Shown here: piece by piece, positions 25,553 through 32,000 of the stretch | Layout of the letters: each line of letters opens with the position of its first letter | Numbering within the stretch: position 1 is the first letter of the stretch | DNA from: an uncultured archaeon | Lineage (GTDB): Archaea; Asgardarchaeota; Thorarchaeia; Thorarchaeales; CAZPUN01 | DNA: 32,000 nt | Assembly: GCA_964589775.1 (NCBI GenBank) | Contig: CAZPUN010000048.1 | Location: 1-32,000, forward strand | Reading direction: 5' to 3' | Translations under genes and position numbers: made by a program | The notes under the pieces: model-generated | What the model saw: only the letters and a program-made list of their open reading frames with translations | Databases searched by the model: none | Told to the model about the DNA's origin: nothing

Positions 25553-26284
25553 TCATATAAACACAAACGCGTTTACTAGAATGTTAGCAACTACACTAGC
25601 TGTTAGGGTTATAGTTAGGTTATCCAACCCGTGAGGAGATAATGCTTCAACAAATCCTACGCTTAATCCCACAAAAATCGAAACTATAATACTTAACAGA
25701 AAATCAAATCCGATACTAAGAGCGATTATAGAGCCGAGAGTAGACATAAAGATCACGGCAGCACTGCCTTCTAAACTTCTGTAACTAACAATACCGGTAA
25801 TTGTTGGAACACGATATTTATGTTTTCCAAAACGAACACCAAAGGGTTCTCCAACGGCATCGCCAACACCGGTACAAACCAATCCAACAAGCCATGTTTC
25901 AGGCCAGAAGAAATATGCAATAACTGAGCCCACAGCGCTACTAAGATAGGGTATTAATAGATATAACCAGCGAAGAGGTTCATCTTGCTCGCGCGCTATG
26001 GATTCATAAATTCGATTTCCATTACCCCATATTAAAGCACCAAGTCCGATAATACCAATTGCTCCGCCATATATCTCAACAATTCTGAAAGGCAAAGTAA
26101 TAACAAAGATCCATCCAAAAAAGTAAAGTGAAAAATGCACTACCTTGCGTGTGTAATTTGTTTTCCATGCATACGAAATCTTCAAAGTCCCTGCAATATA
26201 TCCAACTGCAAAAACCAAAAGCACAAACAATGGCAAATAAGTAATGTATTCAATAAATGAAGGAAGTTCGATGTAGTCGATCAT
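25553..26284 (-). CDS. Phytol/farnesol/dolichol kinase-like membrane protein (CTP-transferase family)
   Basis: TRKVVH, GVGDAVGEPFGVRFGKH, RSLEGS and LDNL motifs. Confidence 0.82.
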   Translation of the reverse strand: MIDYIELPSFIEYITYLPLFVLLVFAVGYIAGTLKISYAWKTNYTRKVVHFSLYFFGWIFVITLPFRIVEIYGGAIGIIGLGALIWGNGNRIYESIAREQDEPLRWLYLLIPYLSSAVGSVIAYFFWPETWLVGLVCTGVGDAVGEPFGVRFGKHKYRVPTITGIVSYRSLEGSAAVIFMSTLGSIIALSIGFDFLLSIIVSIFVGLSVGFVEALSPHGLDNLTITLTASVVANILVNAFVFI

Positions 26285-26496
26285 TATGAAACTATATTTA
26301 ATAAATACAAAGATAAATTATTCGTTTTTAATCAGAGAAAATAGATTTTCAATACATTCTCGGAATAAAATTTACGAAATGTACTAAAATCACCTATTAT
26401 TTTTATATTTTTAAAATAACTTTTTAAATGGAGAGATTTCTTAGTGAAAAAATTTTATAAATAAATTTTACATATATGAAGTAAGGAGGAGCTATT

Positions 26497-26901
26497 ATGG
26501 CTGAACTCGTTTCAGATTCACAAACTAAGATTAAATTGGAACCATTTGTATCAAAAACTATTGCGATTATTTTAGCGATAGTATTATCTACCGGATTAGG
26601 TGTAATAACAACTTGGGGTACATTGATCACGGGAGTGGTCGTAGGATTTCTAGTAAGAGATAGATGGGATGGAGGAAAGTATAGTTTCTTAGGGACATTT
26701 ATTGGTGGAACTCTATCGATTGTAATTATATTCATGACTGGAATTGGTCTTATTGCAATCCCTCCAGAGTACATTAATTTATTAATGGCGTTATTAATAA
26801 TCATAGCACCATTAGGCGGACTTCTTTTAGGAGTGTTGGGATTCATCGGTGGATTTTTGGGCGGCTTAATTGCAACATCAATCTATGCAAACCAACAATA
26901 A
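26497..26901 (+). CDS. Small Gly-rich membrane protein (DUF5518-like)
   Basis: AGGAGG RBS; about four hydrophobic helices; GVVVGFL and GFIGGFLGGLI glycine-zipper pattern. Confidence 0.65.
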   Translation: MAELVSDSQTKIKLEPFVSKTIAIILAIVLSTGLGVITTWGTLITGVVVGFLVRDRWDGGKYSFLGTFIGGTLSIVIIFMTGIGLIAIPPEYINLLMALLIIIAPLGGLLLGVLGFIGGFLGGLIATSIYANQQ

Positions 26902-27153
26902 TAAGTCCCTCTTATTTCTATTTTTTATACCAATTTCTCTTACAGTTTTTTAAAAGCAATCGAGTAGTAATAGAAAAATCAACACTCTGAAAAAAATACC
27001 GGACACTACCTAAAATATACATCATTAATAAACTTCATGAGCATGCATAATATGTGAAATACTTGTCTGATTGATGATTTACTTTTCACATTCCATACAT
27101 AAATTAAATGAGAAAACAACTACAAAAAACACAGACTTATTCAGAGGTTGCAA

Positions 27154-28284
27154 TTATGTATCTACAGGAATTATTATTCCATCAAATCTTCCACGAGGAC
27201 CAATTGCAGGAGGTCTCATAGGGTTTCCGAACATAAACCACTGAACAACGGAAAGGAAATTTTGATGATCAACAAAAATATTATGTCCGGTCATAAGCAA
27301 CTCGTATTTTTTAAATAATTTATTTGGAAGATTTGAAATAAGTTCTCGCTCAACAGCTATTTTTGTTTCTCCGATCGTATTATGGGAATCAAGTTCATCG
27401 AATAATCCTATTTTAAACCCATCAGCAAAGAGACAGTTTTTCCAAGATTTACATGGTTCAAGATTATTAAAAGTATCTCCGGTGGCTGCTATATATAAAG
27501 CCTTTGAGTTCAAGAACCCTTTTACCAATTTACCAAATTGACCGGTTTGACATGCCTCAGAAAATACCAAAGGATATGCAATAAATGAATACTTGTTCAG
27601 GGTATTCCCATCCAAAATTATATCCGAGTGGGTCAGCCACATATCTGGAGAACCATGAACACGCCCATATATAGGGCCATCCGAGAATTGTATTATGATT
27701 TCAGCGTAGTTAATCAGTTCTCTATTATCAACACTAAAAGTGGGAAGTGAATAAACATTAAACCCAAGTGATTTTAGTATTTTTTCATGACGAGCGGCCG
27801 ATGTATTTTTCGCATTAAATATTAGAGCAATATCAGTATCTGCAAGTTTTGGATTTATATGAGATATTATCGTCGGGTAAGAACCGAAAACACGCCCCAC
27901 AGGAGTGTCTGGAAGCAAATCATCGTCTAAATCCTCATAAATTAAATCAGAAAAGGTTTTAATATCAACTGGTAGTGGAGGAATGACTTGTGCATCCCCA
28001 ACTAAAAGGAGAGCCTTCGTTGAGTAATCAGATGCGGCTTTTTGAATTTCCTTTTTTATTTTAAATGTTTTTCGCTCAGTTAATGCAACATATGGTAATT
28101 CGTTGTTCTTACAATAATTTATAATCTTTTCACGAATATTCGAACTTATTTTACCTATTACAATGAGCATCTCACGTCGTTTGCTAATATCAATCTCACT
28201 AATTTTAAGGTCGTCAAACTCTGGAGCTTTTATCTTAACGATACGATTTGTTATATTTCGCTCTATTCGGTTAATTGGTTTCAT
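27154..28284 (-). CDS. Cytoplasmic C25/gingipain-like (clan CD) cysteine peptidase
   Basis: LLLVGD..IP, SDLIYEDLDDDLLPD..VGRV, VHGS, SEACQTG and MFGNP motifs; no signal peptide. Confidence 0.72.
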   Translation of the reverse strand: MKPINRIERNITNRIVKIKAPEFDDLKISEIDISKRREMLIVIGKISSNIREKIINYCKNNELPYVALTERKTFKIKKEIQKAASDYSTKALLLVGDAQVIPPLPVDIKTFSDLIYEDLDDDLLPDTPVGRVFGSYPTIISHINPKLADTDIALIFNAKNTSAARHEKILKSLGFNVYSLPTFSVDNRELINYAEIIIQFSDGPIYGRVHGSPDMWLTHSDIILDGNTLNKYSFIAYPLVFSEACQTGQFGKLVKGFLNSKALYIAATGDTFNNLEPCKSWKNCLFADGFKIGLFDELDSHNTIGETKIAVERELISNLPNKLFKKYELLMTGHNIFVDHQNFLSVVQWFMFGNPMRPPAIGPRGRFDGIIIPVDT

Positions 28285-28395
28285 AATAGATCTCCGATTT
28301 TAATTAATGTGATTATAAATATAGAAAATAATTAGTTTGTTTGGAAATATAAAGAAATCGGAAAATAAAAAAATGTGGGGATGAATTATCCCAGA

Positions 28396-30825
28396 TCATT
28401 TCTTGCGCTTTTTGATTACAATAATACCGCCTACAACTACGACAACTGCAACAGCACCGATGATTAATAACATTGGATCAATACTAGCGATAATTCCGCC
28501 ACTCTTGACAACATATGAGAAACCTGTAACTTTAGCCCAATTTCCAGAGAAATCTTGGATATAGTATACCACAGTTACATTAGTACCTGACGGAAGTGCA
28601 GGAATTGTCGCAATCCAAGTTTCATTCGCAATGACAAATGCCATTGTGACATTGATCCAGGTTGTTCCATTATAGTAGCTTAGGATTATAGTATGAACGC
28701 GGCTCTGATCTGTTGCAGAAACTGTTACAGAAACTTCTTGGCTCGAAGTAGGCTCAGCGGGTGATGATATATTAGATACAAGAACAGGAGGAATTTGATC
28801 CATTGGTTTCATAAGTGGCTTATCGTCACTTTCACCAGTTTGAATAGTATATGCAGTATCTCCAATGCCATTGTGGTCTAAATCTAAGCCGGTATAGTCA
28901 GACCAATAGTTTCCATGGGTTCCATTTGTCCAATCAATTGTACTTGTGTTAAGATTAGTATGGCGTACATTTTCAATGAACGTATTAAGTGAAATATTTG
29001 CACTATTTGAGGTCCCGTATATCGCTTCAGTGTTATATGCAAATACGGATTCAGTTATACGGCCATTTGTCGAATAAATTCCAAGTGCTTTTATATTTTC
29101 TGCTAATACTGTATGATACATGTATAATTTGGATATTCCAAACAGTCCTACAGCATTCTCATTGATCAAAAAGAATGAATCTGTAATGTTAATAGTATCT
29201 ACAAGAATGCCGAATAATCCAAATTTGTCATTATAGGCACGAACATTAGAAACTGAGACGTTGGTACAAAAGCCCACACCTATGCCATATATGGAGTTAT
29301 ATAATAATGCATCATTAACATATAAATTAGTTGAGCTAGCTAGATATATTGCAAATGGTGAGTTTGAGATTTTTAGATTCTCAAAATGAACATCATTTGA
29401 ATAATATATAGTAAGTAATCCGGAATCAATATTTAGATCATGTACTAAACTGTTAGTTACATTGAATAATATCAGCATACCAATATCGCCTGTAATATCC
29501 TGACTTATCTTGTTTTTGATATATACAATTGGATGCCCATTGACAAAAGAGTTTTCAATCGTGAAGTTATTGAATATTGCATAGCTTCCAGATAGAAATA
29601 CAATGGGAATTTCTCTAATATTGTTAAAGTGTGAATTTCTTAATATTGTTGGATATGGACTTTTCTGGTATAGCGATTTATTACAATATTCGGTATTAAG
29701 ACCATCTATGACCAAGTACGAATAACTATTTGTTATTGCATTTGTAGAATTATTAGCAGTTACTCCAGTTATATTTACATTTGAACTGGTTACATATATT
29801 CCATAACGTATATCATGGATTTCGATGTTACTCATGGAGATATTGTGTGCATTTTGGAAATATATACCATATGTACCAGTATTAGTGAGTGTAGCATGAT
29901 CTATTATAGAATTATTTGTACTGGATAGGTTAATTCCATATTGTTTTCCATTTGCAAGATTTATATTTGATACAGTGACATTTTCATCTTGGTATAAGTT
30001 TATTCCACGGCTGCCCCATGAATTCGCGATAACATTCGATAATACAATATTTTTAGATTTTGAAATATCAACACTAGTAGTGTTTGTATCGTAAGATTTT
30101 AAGTCAGTAATTGTAAGATTCCCACAATCCATAGAGTAAAATCCATATTTTGCGTATCTTGTAGTTATATTAGTGAATTCAGAATTGTAAGTGTATCTCG
30201 AATAAATTCCGTAAGAGGTACCATTGTAGAAAATATTTGAAACAGTAATATTGTCGCTTGAATACGAAAAAATACCGTATGCAGATATAGTGTAAAATTT
30301 TACATTTTTAACAGTAGAATTATCCGAATTATATAGATATATGAGTCGGTAGCTACCATTATATATACTTAAACCATCAATATGAACAAGCCCATGATTT
30401 GAGTATATAGCAGAAAGTCCTGAAGCACCAACATCATATAAAGTTGAATTTTTAATATATAATTCGCCACCTACATAAATACGATAATGATATGCAGAAT
30501 TATTTGATTTTATTACACAATTGTTTAATATTAATTTGGCATCAGAGTCTATATTAATTCTATGTTGCATATCTTTAGTCAAATGCATATATAGCATAAC
30601 ATTCGTCAAATTTAGTGTTGCACCAGACACATGTATATTTCCATCGATATGAAGCGTCTCATCCCATACGGAGGTATCACTTGTAATATCCCAATCACCA
30701 GTAGCAGGAGGGGGGTATCCACCACCACTACCACCGGCGCTAACATTTACATTTACAAATGAGAACATAGGAACGAGAGCTAGAACCATAACTAAGTATA
30801 ATGCTCTTATTTTTCTTGTGCGCAT
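28396..30825 (-). CDS. Right-handed beta-helix (NosD/pectin-lyase-like) cell-surface glycoprotein
   Basis: Signal peptide; ~22-23-aa YGIY/N-I-T repeats; GNYWSDYTGLD..GIGD cap motif; Ig-like domain; C-terminal TM helix + KKRKK; many N-x-S/T sequons. Confidence 0.85.
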   Translation of the reverse strand: MRTRKIRALYLVMVLALVPMFSFVNVNVSAGGSGGGYPPPATGDWDITSDTSVWDETLHIDGNIHVSGATLNLTNVMLYMHLTKDMQHRINIDSDAKLILNNCVIKSNNSAYHYRIYVGGELYIKNSTLYDVGASGLSAIYSNHGLVHIDGLSIYNGSYRLIYLYNSDNSTVKNVKFYTISAYGIFSYSSDNITVSNIFYNGTSYGIYSRYTYNSEFTNITTRYAKYGFYSMDCGNLTITDLKSYDTNTTSVDISKSKNIVLSNVIANSWGSRGINLYQDENVTVSNINLANGKQYGINLSSTNNSIIDHATLTNTGTYGIYFQNAHNISMSNIEIHDIRYGIYVTSSNVNITGVTANNSTNAITNSYSYLVIDGLNTEYCNKSLYQKSPYPTILRNSHFNNIREIPIVFLSGSYAIFNNFTIENSFVNGHPIVYIKNKISQDITGDIGMLILFNVTNSLVHDLNIDSGLLTIYYSNDVHFENLKISNSPFAIYLASSTNLYVNDALLYNSIYGIGVGFCTNVSVSNVRAYNDKFGLFGILVDTINITDSFFLINENAVGLFGISKLYMYHTVLAENIKALGIYSTNGRITESVFAYNTEAIYGTSNSANISLNTFIENVRHTNLNTSTIDWTNGTHGNYWSDYTGLDLDHNGIGDTAYTIQTGESDDKPLMKPMDQIPPVLVSNISSPAEPTSSQEVSVTVSATDQSRVHTIILSYYNGTTWINVTMAFVIANETWIATIPALPSGTNVTVVYYIQDFSGNWAKVTGFSYVVKSGGIIASIDPMLLIIGAVAVVVVVGGIIVIKKRKK

Positions 30826-30935
30826 TTTATCTCTCTCCTAGGACGCAAAAAATTTTTAGCAAATCAATGCAATCCTATTGTTTAATATAAAAATTATTTG
30901 AATATAAAGTTATCTAAAAAAAGGAAAAAATGAGA

Positions 30936-32000
30936 TTATTTGGTTAAAATTTTCTTTAATGTTGTACCAATATATTCAATTTGGTCGTCTGAAACACGCG
31001 GATGTATTGGTAATTCAAAATGCTCATTGCCCACTAATTCAGCATTTGGACAACTTACCTTTGAATAATCAGGATACTTGACGAACTTTGCCCAACGCCA
31101 ATTCTGAATGTCTTTATAGGCAGGTTGTGCATAACATGGAATTGAATAGAGAGTTCGTGCACCGATATCTGCATTGCGTAGCTCTTCAATAAGTTTATCA
31201 CGCGAGATTTTATTAGTTGTGAGTCGAGGCCCAAAGACATGCCACGCAGATCTGTATCCCTTAGGCTCTTTTTGTATCTTTATCCCATCTAAGTCCCCAA
31301 TTATATCAACAAGATGCTCTACATTTTTGCGTCTAGCATCAAGGAATTTGGGCAATTTCTTAAGTTGATTTACGGCTATGGCAGCTACTAGGTCCATCAT
31401 TCTAAAATTGTATCCGATACGATAATAATGATATCCACCATGGGCTCCTCTGCCATGATTCTTCACAGCTTTTGCAGTTTCGATCATCTCTTCATTGTTC
31501 GTTAAAACAATACCGCCTTCACCAGACATCATATTTTTAGTTGCATAGAATGAAAATGCGGCTATGTCGCCGAAAGACCCTACTTTCTTGCCGTCTATGG
31601 TTGCTCCATGTGCTTGGGCACAATCTTCAATTACGAGTAGATTATGTTCTTCAGCGATTTCCATAATTGCTTTCATATCCGCAGGCAAACCAAAAATATG
31701 TACAGGCATGATTGCTTTCGTCTTAGGTGTGATCTTTTTCTTTATGCTTTCAGGGTCGATATTATAGGTTTCTGGGTCAATATCTGCAAAAACTGGGATT
31801 CCACCTACAAAAAGTATAGCATTTGAGGATGCGATAAACGTAAATGGTGTTGTGATTACTTCATCACCCGGTTGAATTCCAGCGGCTTCTAGTGCAACAT
31901 GTAATGCGGTTGTACCACTTGTTGTTACTGTTGCATATTTAGTTCCGATATATTTAGAAAATTCTTCTTCGAGTTGGCGAGCATATTTATTTTCCACAAG
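30936..32000 (-). CDS. DegT/DnrJ/EryC1/StrS PLP-dependent sugar aminotransferase (5' end outside the window)
   Basis: SGTTALH, EDCAQAHGA, FSFYATKNM (PLP Lys), GEGG and GYNFRM motifs; frame stays open to position 32000. Confidence 0.93.
   Translation of the reverse strand, partial: LVENKYARQLEEEFSKYIGTKYATVTTSGTTALHVALEAAGIQPGDEVITTPFTFIASSNAILFVGGIPVFADIDPETYNIDPESIKKKITPKTKAIMPVHIFGLPADMKAIMEIAEEHNLLVIEDCAQAHGATIDGKKVGSFGDIAAFSFYATKNMMSGEGGIVLTNNEEMIETAKAVKNHGRGAHGGYHYYRIGYNFRMMDLVAAIAVNQLKKLPKFLDARRKNVEHLVDIIGDLDGIKIQKEPKGYRSAWHVFGPRLTTNKISRDKLIEELRNADIGARTLYSIPCYAQPAYKDIQNWRWAKFVKYPDYSKVSCPNAELVGNEHFELPIHPRVSDDQIEYIGTTLKKILTK

Noticed and set aside
20759-26284. Eukaryote-like prenylation pathway (Rce1-like proteases + prenol kinase acting on the GTPases)
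   Set aside because: Neither GTPase-like protein ends in a CaaX or CC motif, no prenyltransferase is in the window, and both families are widespread in prokaryotes.
27052-27092. Box C/D sRNA candidate (CTGA-TTGATGA inside a TGTGAAA/TTTCACA stem)
   Set aside because: Only D'/C'-like boxes are present; no proper C box upstream or D box downstream.
1-32000. CRISPR array, tRNA/rRNA genes, transposase or integrase
   Set aside because: No regularly spaced direct repeats, cloverleaf or rRNA signatures, or recombinase motifs were recognised by eye; tRNAscan-SE and Infernal would be needed to exclude small RNAs.

Overview
AT-rich, gene-dense archaeal sequence with GGTGA/GGAGG ribosome-binding sites, TATA/BRE-like promoters and oligo-T terminators. 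The content (Bet3/TRAPPC3-like and V4R proteins, two roadblock-fold proteins, an MglA/Ras-like small GTPase, a degenerate GTPase, a TPR protein, an SKI-1/S1P-like subtilase) points to an Asgard archaeon; this is an inference from gene content. All family calls are from motif recognition by eye, not database searches. Main points: (1) a divergent cluster at 5.5-9.8 kb with two Bet3/V4R-fold genes, a roadblock + winged-helix gene, a small GTPase with Leu at the catalytic Gln position and a TPR gene, which resembles a minimal proto-TRAPP/GTPase-regulatory module; (2) a diverged, hairpin-rich, ~220-240 bp intergenic element present twice (841-1078 minus, 20446-20665 plus); (3) a 44-aa stand-alone glycyl-radical peptide of class III ribonucleotide reductase type, missed by the ORF track; (4) a palindromic operator pair between a DUF438-hemerythrin-PAS gene and its divergent regulator. 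The rest is proteolysis (TldDE, M24, two C25-like, S8, two CPBP), surface/glycosylation and housekeeping genes. No rRNA, tRNA, CRISPR array or transposase was recognised.
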